NCBI GenBank assembly: GCA_963710755.1 | Contig: CAVQBK010000003.1 | Span: 192,001 to 256,000, forward strand | Direction: 5' to 3' | Source: an uncultured bacterium | GTDB lineage: Bacteria; Oederibacteriota; JAAXVQ01; JAUVAV01 | Length of the DNA stretch: 64,000 nucleotides | Shown: in pieces, positions 18,294 to 28,544 of the stretch | Layout: every line of letters begins with the position of its first letter | Position numbering within the stretch: the stretch's first letter is position 1 | Translations under genes and position numbers: made by a program | The notes under the pieces: model-generated | Seen by the model: only the letters and a program-made list of their open reading frames with translations | What the model was told of the DNA's origin: nothing | Databases searched by the model: none

Positions 18294-20725
18294 TGCCGGC
18301 CTCCCTTCAAATCAAAATGGATCACGCCTTTTTCCTGATGGTCAGGATCATTGGCCACCAGGATAATCTCGTGCATTTGCACTTCAATGCGGTCCGGCAA
18401 TCCCGAGGGCGGCTCATTGAAACGCTTCATCTCCAGCTCACTCACATGACCGATGCCCTTGACCAGGGCCACCCGGCCCAAAATCTGGCTGGCCAGCAGG
18501 CTCTGGCCAAAGGTCCAGTTGTCAGGATGAAAAAAGCCCTTTCGTCCGTCAGGCGTGTAGCCCGTGGAAAACTCCTGCTCCAGCAAAAAGCGGATGTCCT
18601 CGATCCAATAATCTTGATCCACGCAAATAGGCACCGTGATCTCAAGGGGCACATAATGGGGCAGCCTGACTTCCAGGTCATCGCCGATGAGGCGCAGCGG
18701 TTCCAGGGCTTGGGCCACCTCGCGCCTGATGGTCTCGTGCTCGTCATAGCCGCCCTTGGGATCAATGGCCAGGCGCACAATGCGCCAGCTCCCGGACCAT
18801 TGATAAAAAGCCTTGGCATTGCTCACGTTCTTGAGCTCCAGGGCGCGCTGTTCGTAATCCGTCAGGGTGATGGCCCGGAATTGTTTGGCCAGGTAGGCTT
18901 CCTGAACCCTGCGGATAATCAGGGCCGTGGCCTCCGCGTCCAGACCGCCGGTCACGTCAAAGGGATTCCAGCAGGAGACGATCTTGGGCTCATCGCAGAA
19001 GACCAGGCTGTCACGGCCGATATTGCCCTCACTGCCCACCCCCACCTGATAGCGCAGTTCCGCCGTACACTCCTCGGGCAGAGCCTTGCCGTTGACGCCA
19101 TTGCCGAAGCGCGCCAGGCTGCGGCCCAGTTCATCGGTCTCAATGATAAAATCCTCATCCTCGCCCGTGCTCTTGACCAAGGTGTTGGTTTCGCGCCAGT
19201 AACGCTCCACGCCAGCGCCGGTGATGATCTTGGTCTCCATGGTGGACAAGCAGGGCACCTGATTGTCCGGGGGGGTAGGCCGATAAGCCAGGCGGTCCTG
19301 ATCATCGAGGCTGCAGAGGGAGCCCCAGGCCGTGTTTTCATAATAACGCTCGCTCTCCGAGGCCAGCACTGCGTTCTGCGGTTTAAAGGTCAGGGTCTTA
19401 AAGCGGCCGTGATAAACCATGACCAGATTGCCGTGAAAAAGGGTGACATCCCCGGCCGGCAAGGCTTCGCCGAACTGCTTGTAAAAAGTCGCGTTCCAGG
19501 TCAGAGCGTCATTCTCTTCCCAGGACACCTGCAAGTACCAGGCGTTGGCAATGGGATCTTTTTTGGCCTGGCTGTTGGGGTTGAGGTGCAGCACCTGGCG
19601 GTGCTGGGGATTGACCACGCCTTCCACCCCGGTCTCGGGATTTTTGAATTCCTCCACCAGCAGGGTGGTCAGGCTGCCGTCATTGATCCAATCGCGCACT
19701 TGCTCCACATTGGCCTGGGTGGGCAAGCTCAACAGCAGATCAGCCGACGTGGTGCCGCAGGGCAAGGTGGGCTTGACTCCGTCCCAGGGATACAGCTTGA
19801 TGTCGTTGAGCAAGGCATCCATGAAGCACGTGCCCTTGCTCACAAAAAATTGGCTGTCGCTGTCCGGCTTTTCATGGCCGGTCCAGAAGGTGATGGTCTC
19901 CAGCGGCATGCCTTGGGGATCGAGAGCGATCTCCAGATGCTGCCCTCCGGCCAATTTAACTGCCAGCCAGGTCACGGCCTGCTGGCCCTGATGAATATGG
20001 TAATCCATCAGACGGGCATGCCTGGCCAGGGACACACGCTTGCGGGCTGAGGTCAAGTAGGCCTCGTTCATAACCCGGTCCTGGAAATCGCTGAGCTCAT
20101 CGGCCGCCGCGCTGAATAAATCCATAAGCACCATATCCAGGTCCGCTTCACTGGTGGGTTGCCAGTTAGGCACGCGGGCCATCATGGCGGCGATCAACTG
20201 ATGACGAAAAGAGGCGTAGTCCTTGCTCAAATAATCTATGCGCGGCTCGCTCTGCGCCGGACCGGCTTTTTCCCAATCAGGCGCGCAGTCGGCGCTGAAA
20301 CAGCCGGGCCGGAACTTGAAATCCAGTTCGCTCAGCAAAGGATCGATTTTGTAGGTGTCCAGGTCATTGATCGCCAGGGTGTAGGTGGAATAATCACCCA
20401 CCGGCGCGACGGTGAGACTGATTTTTTGCTGGCTCACCTGGCCTTCGATTTTGGTCACATGGATCTGATCCTTCAGCCATCCGCCGATAATACGCTGGCC
20501 CCCGCTGATGGAAAAAACCTTGCAGGTCTGCTCCGGGCTGGTTGTAAACTCATCGAGCAGCTTTTGCAGTTTATGCTTGTTGTAAAAGTACACGTCCAGC
20601 ACCGCATGGTCCGGATCAGGCCCGGACGGCAACCTGACCAGCACGAGCTGCATGCCATTGTAAGCGCCCAGGGTCTTGACCCGGTTGTTGAGGGCTTCCT
20701 GATCAATAATGGCCATGGTTCCCAT
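18290..20725 (-). CDS. Baseplate J-like assembly protein (Afp11-like)
   Basis: IDYLSKDYASFR, NEAYLTSARKRVS, RFGNGVNG, RAITLTDY and FFHPDNWTFGQ motifs; ATGA overlap with the next gene. Confidence 0.88.
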   Translation of the reverse strand: MGTMAIIDQEALNNRVKTLGAYNGMQLVLVRLPSGPDPDHAVLDVYFYNKHKLQKLLDEFTTSPEQTCKVFSISGGQRIIGGWLKDQIHVTKIEGQVSQQKISLTVAPVGDYSTYTLAINDLDTYKIDPLLSELDFKFRPGCFSADCAPDWEKAGPAQSEPRIDYLSKDYASFRHQLIAAMMARVPNWQPTSEADLDMVLMDLFSAAADELSDFQDRVMNEAYLTSARKRVSLARHARLMDYHIHQGQQAVTWLAVKLAGGQHLEIALDPQGMPLETITFWTGHEKPDSDSQFFVSKGTCFMDALLNDIKLYPWDGVKPTLPCGTTSADLLLSLPTQANVEQVRDWINDGSLTTLLVEEFKNPETGVEGVVNPQHRQVLHLNPNSQAKKDPIANAWYLQVSWEENDALTWNATFYKQFGEALPAGDVTLFHGNLVMVYHGRFKTLTFKPQNAVLASESERYYENTAWGSLCSLDDQDRLAYRPTPPDNQVPCLSTMETKIITGAGVERYWRETNTLVKSTGEDEDFIIETDELGRSLARFGNGVNGKALPEECTAELRYQVGVGSEGNIGRDSLVFCDEPKIVSCWNPFDVTGGLDAEATALIIRRVQEAYLAKQFRAITLTDYEQRALELKNVSNAKAFYQWSGSWRIVRLAIDPKGGYDEHETIRREVAQALEPLRLIGDDLEVRLPHYVPLEITVPICVDQDYWIEDIRFLLEQEFSTGYTPDGRKGFFHPDNWTFGQSLLASQILGRVALVKGIGHVSELEMKRFNEPPSGLPDRIEVQMHEIILVANDPDHQEKGVIHFDLKGGRQ

Positions 20726-20745
20726 GTCTCCTTAAATCTAGTATT

Positions 20746-20773
20746 GTAGGGCACGGTCTCGACCGTGCTCTAC
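20746..20773. repeat. GTAG-type REP palindrome
   Basis: GTAGGGCACGGTCTCGACCGTGCTCTAC, intergenic. Confidence 0.65.
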
Positions 20774-20791
20774 AACCCCGTCTGGACTACC

Positions 20792-21178
20792 CTATTTACT
20801 CTCGCTGTCCCGCTGGAACCTGAGTACTCTGGAGTCCTGTGTGCCTTTCAACCGGTAGGTCAACTCCACCACCAGCGCGCTTTCCTGGCTAAACTCTACT
20901 TTTAAATCCTCCATGGTCACCCGCTCGCCCAGCCAGCGCGCCAGGGCCTGAGTGATCCTGGCCTTGGCCATGCCCTCGGTCTGCTTGTCCATATTTTCAA
21001 ACAGCAGCATGCGCACACCGGCGCCGAATTCGGTCACAAACGGGCGCTCACCGGGATTGGTAAGAATCAGCTGCACCACCTCATCACGCACATGGTCAGG
21101 CAGATTGTCCACTGTGGCGGTCCGGCCATCCCGGTGGATGCGAAAAGGAAAAGATAAATGTTTGCCATAGATCCCCAT
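20792..21178 (-). CDS. GPW/gp25 family baseplate protein (Afp9-like)
   Basis: FPFRI...ILTNPGERPFVTEFGAGV signature. Confidence 0.92.
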   Translation of the reverse strand: MGIYGKHLSFPFRIHRDGRTATVDNLPDHVRDEVVQLILTNPGERPFVTEFGAGVRMLLFENMDKQTEGMAKARITQALARWLGERVTMEDLKVEFSQESALVVELTYRLKGTQDSRVLRFQRDSESK

Positions 21179-21199
21179 AAGCTCTCCTAATCCATTATT

Positions 21200-21227
21200 G
21201 TAGGGAACGGTCGTGACCCTTCCCTAC
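21200..21227. repeat. GTAG-type REP palindrome
   Basis: GTAGGGAACGGTCGTGACCCTTCCCTAC; sister of the 20746 copy, the two flank gp25. Confidence 0.65.
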
Positions 21228-21267
21228 AACGTCGGATATTGTTTTTTATTTTTCGATTCTCGATTTT

Positions 21268-21603
21268 CTAAACCCCTTCCACCTTGGGCTGGGTCTGGCT
21301 GATCAGCGCCATACCCTGCGGCGCGCCCTCCGGACTCTTGCACAGCCCGATGCTGCTTTCCATTAATAGCTTCTGCCCGTCCGTGGTGGCCATGGTCGTG
21401 CCCGCCTGCCATTCAATAGTCAGGCAAGGCGACGGCTTGGGCCCGGGCAAGGTGAAGGCGCAACCCGCAATCTGGTGCACATCCGATTCGAGCAGCACCG
21501 GTGCCCCCAGGGCCGAGACTTTTTGGTTGGCCGTGCTGAGAATAGCCATGCCGCCATGAGGACATTGAATAGTGGATTGAATAGTCAAATATTTCCCTGC
21601 CAT
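21268..21603 (-). CDS. PAAR-like (DUF4280-type) spike tip protein
   Basis: CPHGG, IAGCAF, PCLTIEW and GLC cysteine pattern; directly after gp5. Confidence 0.82.
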   Translation of the reverse strand: MAGKYLTIQSTIQCPHGGMAILSTANQKVSALGAPVLLESDVHQIAGCAFTLPGPKPSPCLTIEWQAGTTMATTDGQKLLMESSIGLCKSPEGAPQGMALISQTQPKVEGV

Positions 21604-22139
21604 CAGCTCACCTTGAAGGCACCGTCATTGACATCAAGGCCGCTGTCCTTAAGGCTGATCACCTTGCTGCCCACGGTGAGTTTGATTTCCGAAGACCCGA
21701 TCACCAGCTCCGGTCCGTCGGGATGTTTCAATCGGATCTCCATGGCACTGTCATCCATGATCAATTCCAGTCTTTCCGGGGTAATGAGTCCCCTTATTTG
21801 GGCATCATCCTTGGTTTGGCTGGGAGGTTCATCCTGGGCCCACCAGAACCCGGTCCACAGAGGCGCACTCTTGAGCCCGGCTTCGAATTCCACCCATACA
21901 CCATCCTCTTCTTTTGGCAGCACCACCAAGCCATAGCCATCGCCTGCAAAAGGCACGCACGGCGTCATCCATGGCGAGAGTTGCCCGCTACCCCACACTT
22001 TGGGCACCTCGGCTTTGATGTACCCGGTTGCAGGATCGACTTGCTTGACCCGTCCCCGGTACTTGCCGAAATAGCGTTCCTCCAGAAAGGTCCTGATATC
22101 CGCGACCACATTTTCTTCTACAGCCATGGTTCCACCCAC
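21603..22139 (-). CDS. Phage baseplate assembly protein V / gp5 OB-fold spike
   Basis: YFGKYRGRV, PCVPFAG and VWVEFEAG...PLWTG motifs. True start may be ATG 22127. Confidence 0.88.
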   Translation of the reverse strand: MGGTMAVEENVVADIRTFLEERYFGKYRGRVKQVDPATGYIKAEVPKVWGSGQLSPWMTPCVPFAGDGYGLVVLPKEEDGVWVEFEAGLKSAPLWTGFWWAQDEPPSQTKDDAQIRGLITPERLELIMDDSAMEIRLKHPDGPELVIGSSEIKLTVGSKVISLKDSGLDVNDGAFKVS

Positions 22140-22169
22140 CTTTGCCAGGCCCTGAGGCCGGTTTTGGGC

Positions 22170-23333
22170 TTACACAATACTGAAAGAAACATTTACCGAT
22201 ACACTGAGGCTGCCGGTCAGGCTGCTCTCACTTTGCTCCACATCACTGGTGGCGTTGCCCATCACCGTGAACTCCTGGCTGTACTCGTCCCAGGTCAAAT
22301 GGTGAATCACCTTGGTCAGCACATAATGGCCGCTCAAGGCCGTGCGGCCGGCGTGAATGGCCACCATCTTGAAGGGCTGGAGTACACCGCCATAACAGGG
22401 CGCCTTGACCATGCCGCCGCCTTGGTAGGCATAGAGCGAGGCATTGCTCGCGCCCTGAACCATCTGCTGGGCATCGGCATCTTCATCGCTGTACTGCGAC
22501 AACCGCCGGGTGGCGGTCTGGGACTCATCGCTGTAAGGCGCCTGCGAGCCCATGAGCGAAGCATCGCGAAAGCTGGAGGTGGCTGAGGTAATGCCCTTGT
22601 CATCGAGGCTAATGCTGTCCGTCACATAAGTGGCCGGCTGCTGGGCATTATGATGAACATCAAAACGGCTCACATTGCGGTCATCGCCGAGGGTGATCAT
22701 GGTGGGCAACTGCTCGTCCAGGTTCTCGGGAAAATCCTTGAAGCAGCCAATGCTCTGGCCCCGGGTCTCCCCGGGCAGCACATAGGCATGCAAATGGTAA
22801 GTGGACGCCAAGGTGCGAATCAGGCGTATGGGCATGCCCGAGAGGGTGCGGTCCGTGCGTTGCGTACTTGGCCGCGCCGGCAGGTTGGCCACATCGGTCT
22901 CCGTGATCTGGGCCGCGGCTTTGCCGAAGAGGTACTCCACGATCTCCTGATCACTGCGCTCGCCGGCTTCTTCGTGAATGGTTTCGCGGTTGAGATAGAC
23001 GCTGTCATCATGCACGATCAAGGTCAGTTCACTCTGCCCTGGTTCAGGCTGCATGGCATTGTCTTGGCCCACCACCGGCCCGTCGATCAGGGCTACCCAA
23101 TGCTCGCCGTCCGCCTTGACTTCAATACGTATGCGGCCGAAGGATTGAAAAAAGCGCTGATCCTGGTCGTTCCAGGCGCCCTGCGCATCGAGGCACAAGG
23201 GCCAGCGCAGTTGCGCTTCCCAGGCCTGATCCATCTCCTGGGTCACGGTAATGCCCAGGATGCGCTCCAGCTGATCCTGGGTAGCGCTCTGATCATCGAA
23301 GAAGATTCTGAAATAAGTGGTCTTATCGCCCAT
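22170..23333 (-). CDS. Phage late control D / VgrG gp27-like hub protein
   Basis: Sits between LysM and gp5; LIDGPVVG, DDSVYL and C-terminal SGHYVLTKVIH motifs. Confidence 0.8.
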   Translation of the reverse strand: MGDKTTYFRIFFDDQSATQDQLERILGITVTQEMDQAWEAQLRWPLCLDAQGAWNDQDQRFFQSFGRIRIEVKADGEHWVALIDGPVVGQDNAMQPEPGQSELTLIVHDDSVYLNRETIHEEAGERSDQEIVEYLFGKAAAQITETDVANLPARPSTQRTDRTLSGMPIRLIRTLASTYHLHAYVLPGETRGQSIGCFKDFPENLDEQLPTMITLGDDRNVSRFDVHHNAQQPATYVTDSISLDDKGITSATSSFRDASLMGSQAPYSDESQTATRRLSQYSDEDADAQQMVQGASNASLYAYQGGGMVKAPCYGGVLQPFKMVAIHAGRTALSGHYVLTKVIHHLTWDEYSQEFTVMGNATSDVEQSESSLTGSLSVSVNVSFSIV

Positions 23334-23495
23334 TACAAGTCCTTTCTCTTAGAGACGGGTTCACAACCAACGATCCCCTCGCCTCTTGCGCGTCTAGTCC
23401 AGCAACGTCGGAAAGGTGCCCCCCACCCAGCCTCTCCCCCAACTTGGGGGAAAGGAGATATTGCAGTTTGAGCCGGTGCGCTGCCATAGGGTCTC

Positions 23496-23765
23496 TTATT
23501 GCTGCGGCACAATAATGGTGCTGTTAGCCTCTGCTAACTCGTCAGCCTCGAGGCTGCTGTTGGCATCGGCAATATGCCAGAACTTACTGTCATCCTTATA
23601 CGTCTTGCCGGCCAGCAGATCGAGTCGGTCCTGTTTTTGCAGAATGGTCTCTTGGCCGCGCACAGCCGGAAGCCGCCGTAGCTTGATAGCCACCACGCTG
23701 GTACCGTCCGCCTGGGTCACGGTCATGGTCTCCACTTTTTTGTAGCGCGAGTTGTCGGCAAACAT
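23496..23765 (-). CDS. Small LysM-like tail protein (Afp7 C-terminal equivalent)
   Basis: SRY...DRLDLLAGKTYKDDSKFWHIADAN. Start taken at ATG 23765 behind AAGGAGG. Confidence 0.82.
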   Translation of the reverse strand: MFADNSRYKKVETMTVTQADGTSVVAIKLRRLPAVRGQETILQKQDRLDLLAGKTYKDDSKFWHIADANSSLEADELAEANSTIIVPQQ

Positions 23766-23906
23766 AGGGAACCTCCTTGGGTTCACTTTTTAGGAGCGCG
23801 AAAATTTAATCTAAACCATGAAAATCGAGAATCAAAAACAGACCACCATTGAGCTCCTTGCTAGGGCTCAATGGCTCCAGGAGCCTGCGCGACCATGCTC
23901 AGGCTC

Positions 23907-24587
23907 CTAAAACGGTATCATCTCCGCGATCTGGCTCACCGTGTTGGCCAGGTTGGCAATGGCCTGCACTTCCTTGACTGCATTGGTATAGTCCAGTGCG
24001 CCTTTGGCAATCCAATCATCACTGCAGGGATCAGCACCGGGCACGCCCAAGGTCAGTGATACTTCGGCCTGGATGGGATTGAGCCAGGCGTCGTATAACT
24101 TTTCATTGATGGTCATGGATTGAATGACCACAGGCAGCACTTTCAGGGGCCCCCAGATGAACAGAATCTTGGGAAAGGCTTTTCTGGGAATCGGCTGCAC
24201 GGCGGCATCCTCTCCGCCGCCCAGCCCCAAGGCCGAGCCAATGGCATCAAGCGCCGCGCCCATCAAGCCGCCGGCCATGTTGGTGGGATAGACCATTTTT
24301 TCCAGAGCCGCCAGGCGCGTGCCCACGCCAAAGGTCTTGGCCAGAATATTTTTGTCTTTCAATTCATCGCTGGCATTGAAATGGGCGGTCAGGCTGATGG
24401 TCTCGGTCGGGCTCTCTCCGGCCTGGCTGGTTTCCCGGGCCTGGCCGGAGAGAGGCCGGGCCGGAATCTGGATGCTGCGCGACAAGGACTCGGGATTGAA
24501 TTGAAAAATGACCAGATTGGGAATAGGCCCCAGGAAGTCGCTGCCGTATTCCACCAACGCACCGCGAATGAATTTCCCCATGGTCAC
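23907..24587 (-). CDS. CIS tube-initiator protein (Afp7 N-terminal-like)
   Basis: FQFNPESLSR, LFIWG...LPVVIQSMTINE...LNPIQAEV motifs. Confidence 0.85.
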   Translation of the reverse strand: MTMGKFIRGALVEYGSDFLGPIPNLVIFQFNPESLSRSIQIPARPLSGQARETSQAGESPTETISLTAHFNASDELKDKNILAKTFGVGTRLAALEKMVYPTNMAGGLMGAALDAIGSALGLGGGEDAAVQPIPRKAFPKILFIWGPLKVLPVVIQSMTINEKLYDAWLNPIQAEVSLTLGVPGADPCSDDWIAKGALDYTNAVKEVQAIANLANTVSQIAEMIPF

Positions 24588-24733
24588 GCTCCACCTTTTT
24601 AGAATCCTTACTGTTTAAATGCCGTGTCTCCGGGATCTATGTTTTTGGCAAAGATCGTATTCTTTACCTCCGACCCTTCTGGAGCTAAGGGTTCGAATTT
24701 TTCAGCCCTTACAATTAAACAAGATCTCCAAAT

Positions 24734-25054
24734 TCATATCTTTAACTCTCCGTTCTTTACGGGCGTGCCGTGAGACCTAGCCTTTATTCCCGCTTGGTCC
24801 TGCCGGGCCCGATCCAGGGCTTGCTCAATGCGCACCGCGCCTTGGCTCTGGGCTGTCCCCGGACTGGCGCCCGGAGAGAGGGTCAGGTGAACCGGCCCCA
24901 GGTTTTCAATAGTGCTGCTGTGATGGATCAGGTCTTCCCGGCCGGCCAGCCGGCGCAGCAGGGCCTGTCCCAACTCTTGCGCCCAGGCTTGCGCTTCCCG
25001 GGCACTCAGGCCGTTGACACGCATATTAAGGTGCTCGATCCTGAGCTGCTTCAT
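24734..25054 (-). CDS. Conserved small CIS-associated hypothetical protein
   Basis: IEHLNMRVNG...ELGQALLRRL; ATGA-coupled to the ATPase. Confidence 0.6.
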   Translation of the reverse strand: MKQLRIEHLNMRVNGLSAREAQAWAQELGQALLRRLAGREDLIHHSSTIENLGPVHLTLSPGASPGTAQSQGAVRIEQALDRARQDQAGIKARSHGTPVKNGELKI

Positions 25055-27219
25055 ACCTGGTCCACCAGTGAGGCAAAGGCCCCGAATTGTTCCAGGCTCA
25101 CCGACCGGCCTGATTTTTCATATTCCCGTTTAAGGGCCACCATAACTTTGTCCATGCTCAGCTTGCCCTTGAATCCCGAGGCAAGCGGCCTGGCGCCACC
25201 GGCGCTTTGCAGGCAGGCCTGGAACACCACGGACCGGATATGGCCCCCGGCCAGGGGAAATTGTTTGGCCAAATAGCCCAGATCCAGGGCGCTGCGGTCC
25301 ACCCCATTCGGGATAACCTGCTGCCAGATGCGCAGCCGCTCTTCCTCGCCGGGCATGGGAAAATCAATGATAAAGCGCAAGCGCCGCACAAAGGCTTCAT
25401 CCAAATCTTTTTTACGGTTGGTGGCCAGAATGGCCAGGCCTTTGAAGCGCTCCATGCGCTCCAGCAAATAACTGATCTCCAGGTTGGCATAGCGGTCATG
25501 GGCATCCTTGACTTCAGACCGCTTGCCGAAGAGCGCATCCGCTTCGTCAAAAAACAGAATGGTGTCCGCGATATCAGCCAAGTCGAAAAGGCGTTTTAAA
25601 TTTTTCTCCGTTTCCCCGATATACTTGCTGGCTACCTGGGACAAATCAATACGCACCATGGGCAGGCCCAGTAGAAGGGCCAGCCGCTCGGCGGCCATGG
25701 TTTTGCCTGTACCCGGCGGGCCGGCAAAGAGGGCTGTGATGCCGCTTTCATTCCAGGCCGCGGCTGTGCCCCACTCATAATGCACCTTGGTCAAGGCCTG
25801 CATGCTGGTAAGCAGTTCCTGATAATGGGCCTGTTGCTTGGCCGGCAGAACAACCTCTTCTTCCTGAAAGCGGGGGGTGACCCTTTGCGCCAGTTCGCCC
25901 ATGTCCAGCGGTACCTGGGCCCAGCAGGCTGTGGCCAGGTCCTGACTGGTCAATGGCCGTCCGAGGGCCTGCAGGCTTTGGCCCACAGCGCTTATGGTGG
26001 CGCGCTCAAAGCGAAAGCGCCGGGCGCATTCCGCCATCTCCTGGTCCAGGCCCTGAGCCTGATCCTGCAATAGCTCATTCCAAGTCTCCAGGCGCTGCTT
26101 ATAGGTCAGACTGGGCAGCTCCACCGCGGGCAGACGGTAAGCTGATGGCAGATGGGCCAGAGACTGGCGCTCCAGAAGACTGATGAAGATGGTAATGGGA
26201 ATAGTCAGGCGCGGCAGCTGGTCCAGGGCAAGCTGCGGCCGCTCCTGGGTCAGCAACAGCACCTGTTCTTCATCAAGAAATAAATCCACCCCTTTAAGCC
26301 AGCATAAGGTGGCCAAGCCGTCGCGAAAGGCTTTGGTGTTAAGCAGCAGCGGATCTTCCTGGAAGCGCACCACAGGCCGTTCCATTTGCTGGGCCATGAG
26401 GCAGGCCATGCCGCTAAAGGGACCGTGCTTAACACCCCACAAAGGCACCAGCCGGGCATGGCCGGGGTCTTCCTTGACCAGCCGGGCTGCGGTCATGGCT
26501 GCGGTGGCTGTAAGCTCCAGGCCGTGCGCTTCGGAAGCATTTACCACCTCCAGGCCATGGTCATGAGTACTGTTGGGATAAAGCAAGGAAGCCGCAATTA
26601 AGGGCGGCAGGCTAAGAGGCTGCTCCCAACCAAGGTGCTGATCAAAAGGCCCGGCCGGGGGTTGCAACAACCCAAAATGAAAAAGCCTGTGCGCCGGATT
26701 AAGCAATGCCATGAGCTGTTCCGGCTGATCCCATAAGCGCTGGGCCAAGGCCAGGGTAGGCCGGGTTTTAAGGGCATCATGCTGGCAGACCGCCAGCACC
26801 GCGCTGACCGAACTGTCCACCACCGGCAGCAACCCCATGGCCAGCACAAAGGTCTCCATGGGCCCCAACTGCAAGGTGGCCACCACCCAGGCAAAGGAGC
26901 CTCGCCTGACCTTGGCTGTGGTCATCAAGGGCTCCTGCAATTGCTCGGTCAGATAGCGGCCGGTAGGATCGTTTTTAAAGAACGACTGTTTTTTGTCCCA
27001 GCTGCGCTGATGACCCAGGGCGGCTGCGGCCTTGTCCTGCAAAGGCGGCAGGGTATCAGGCCTGGTAGCGGGCAACACGCCTTGCTCAAACCAGAGCCAG
27101 GCAATTTCCCGGCGCAGGCGCAAGGTTACCTGGCGCAGCCAGTATTGGGCCACAGGATCCTCCACCTGAAGGCCCGGACTGAAGGTGACTTTAGGTCCAT
27201 TGCCCGTGCTCACGGTCAT
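25051..27219 (-). CDS. AAA+ ATPase (Afp15-like)
   Basis: Walker A GPPGTGKT, SKYIGETEKNL, Walker B LFFDEAD, DRYANLE. Confidence 0.95.
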   Translation of the reverse strand: MTVSTGNGPKVTFSPGLQVEDPVAQYWLRQVTLRLRREIAWLWFEQGVLPATRPDTLPPLQDKAAAALGHQRSWDKKQSFFKNDPTGRYLTEQLQEPLMTTAKVRRGSFAWVVATLQLGPMETFVLAMGLLPVVDSSVSAVLAVCQHDALKTRPTLALAQRLWDQPEQLMALLNPAHRLFHFGLLQPPAGPFDQHLGWEQPLSLPPLIAASLLYPNSTHDHGLEVVNASEAHGLELTATAAMTAARLVKEDPGHARLVPLWGVKHGPFSGMACLMAQQMERPVVRFQEDPLLLNTKAFRDGLATLCWLKGVDLFLDEEQVLLLTQERPQLALDQLPRLTIPITIFISLLERQSLAHLPSAYRLPAVELPSLTYKQRLETWNELLQDQAQGLDQEMAECARRFRFERATISAVGQSLQALGRPLTSQDLATACWAQVPLDMGELAQRVTPRFQEEEVVLPAKQQAHYQELLTSMQALTKVHYEWGTAAAWNESGITALFAGPPGTGKTMAAERLALLLGLPMVRIDLSQVASKYIGETEKNLKRLFDLADIADTILFFDEADALFGKRSEVKDAHDRYANLEISYLLERMERFKGLAILATNRKKDLDEAFVRRLRFIIDFPMPGEEERLRIWQQVIPNGVDRSALDLGYLAKQFPLAGGHIRSVVFQACLQSAGGARPLASGFKGKLSMDKVMVALKREYEKSGRSVSLEQFGAFASLVDQV

Positions 27220-28385
27220 GGCAATACCACCTCAGGACTTTGTTTGGCCTGCTGGCCATTGACCATTAAAATCACCCGATAGGTGCCGCCCGCTGGTTTG
27301 GTGCTGTTGGTGATGGCCACACTCAGGCTGGTCTGGTTCACGCTGCCCGGCAGATCGTCGTAAAGCTTAACCACCGTACCGGCCTGGTACAAGGCCACGC
27401 TGATGGCGTCATCCACGCCGCCCAGCAAGGCACCGCTCAGGCTGATGGTGCCGTAATCACCGTTGGGGGTGAAGCCGGGTGTTCCCGTAATCGTCGGCAG
27501 CACCTGGATGGTGATCAGGTTGCTTTTTTGCACCCGGCCTGAAGGCAGGGGCTTGGTGAGTACCATGGGCCATTCCCCCGCGGACAGGGTATGAGCCGCC
27601 ACCAAAGCCGCGATGGAGGCCACCATGCGGTCAGCGGTGGTGGTGTGATGATCAATGGCCATTTCCTGGTCATGAACATAGGCTTTCAAATCAGGCAAGG
27701 TGAGATTCTCACCGATGATGATCACCTCATCGCCAGCCTCCACTTTTTCCTGCTCAGGATGATCAAGCACGGCCATGTCGCTGGGCCAGACGCCGAGCTG
27801 AATGCCCGCCTCGCCAATGGTGGTGGCACTGGTGTAATCAATGCCCACCAGCAAATTGTAGGAGGGCGGGGTGGTGCCGGTGATCATGATGGGCCGCACC
27901 TGAAAGGCCATGGAGAAGCGGTACTTCTCGTCATTGCCCTGCATCAGTTTGGAAAGCAGGTCGGCCGTGCTTTCGTCAAAGGTGATTTTTAATTCTTCCG
28001 GATTGTCCTTAAGCGCTTTTTGAATATCTGCCGGCACGGCGCTGCTTAATTGCAGCAAGGTCAGATCGCGCAGGGCGCGCAGGCCTTTGCCCAGATTGAG
28101 ATGGGCTTTGCGCGTGTCACTCTCGCCGCCTTCATCAAAAGGCGTGAGTAAATATTTAAGCACCAGCCACAGGGGAGGATTCTGGCCTTCCGTGAGAGGC
28201 GTGTTTTTCAGGCTGGTGTCAAACACCGCTTCATACAGAAAAAGATTGAGCCGCGCGCCCGTGCTGTGGCTTTGATTGTCCCCGGGCCGCCCTACGCTGA
28301 TGTCCAGGCCGGTGTGGTTGTGCAGTTTTTCTTCCAGTAAATGAGTCACTGCGCCAATGGCATCGGTTGTGTCCAGTTGAGCCAT
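27216..28385 (-). CDS. DUF4255 / Pvc16-like tail terminator with C-terminal Ig-like domains
   Basis: AIGAVT...RLNLFLYE...LKYLLT...YRFSMAFQVRPI. Confidence 0.85.
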   Translation of the reverse strand: MAQLDTTDAIGAVTHLLEEKLHNHTGLDISVGRPGDNQSHSTGARLNLFLYEAVFDTSLKNTPLTEGQNPPLWLVLKYLLTPFDEGGESDTRKAHLNLGKGLRALRDLTLLQLSSAVPADIQKALKDNPEELKITFDESTADLLSKLMQGNDEKYRFSMAFQVRPIMITGTTPPSYNLLVGIDYTSATTIGEAGIQLGVWPSDMAVLDHPEQEKVEAGDEVIIIGENLTLPDLKAYVHDQEMAIDHHTTTADRMVASIAALVAAHTLSAGEWPMVLTKPLPSGRVQKSNLITIQVLPTITGTPGFTPNGDYGTISLSGALLGGVDDAISVALYQAGTVVKLYDDLPGSVNQTSLSVAITNSTKPAGGTYRVILMVNGQQAKQSPEVVLP

Positions 28386-28544
28386 GATGCTCCTCGTCCG
28401 TCATTCAACTACCCCGCGCTTGACATGATTTGGAATAATCTATCCTTCCATGTCACAGCGTTAGCGCGGGGATGGTTGGATATGATATGAAATAGATCAT
28501 TATTTCTATTCGCTTCATCCCCGCCTTATAAGGCGGGGAATTCG

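Noticed and set aside
18263-20050. 595-aa plus-strand ORF, and similar long antisense ORFs at 5980-7116, 10688-11518 and 36976-38187
   Set aside because: They lie antisense to well-supported genes, have no recognisable motifs, and are expected shadows of GC-biased codon usage.
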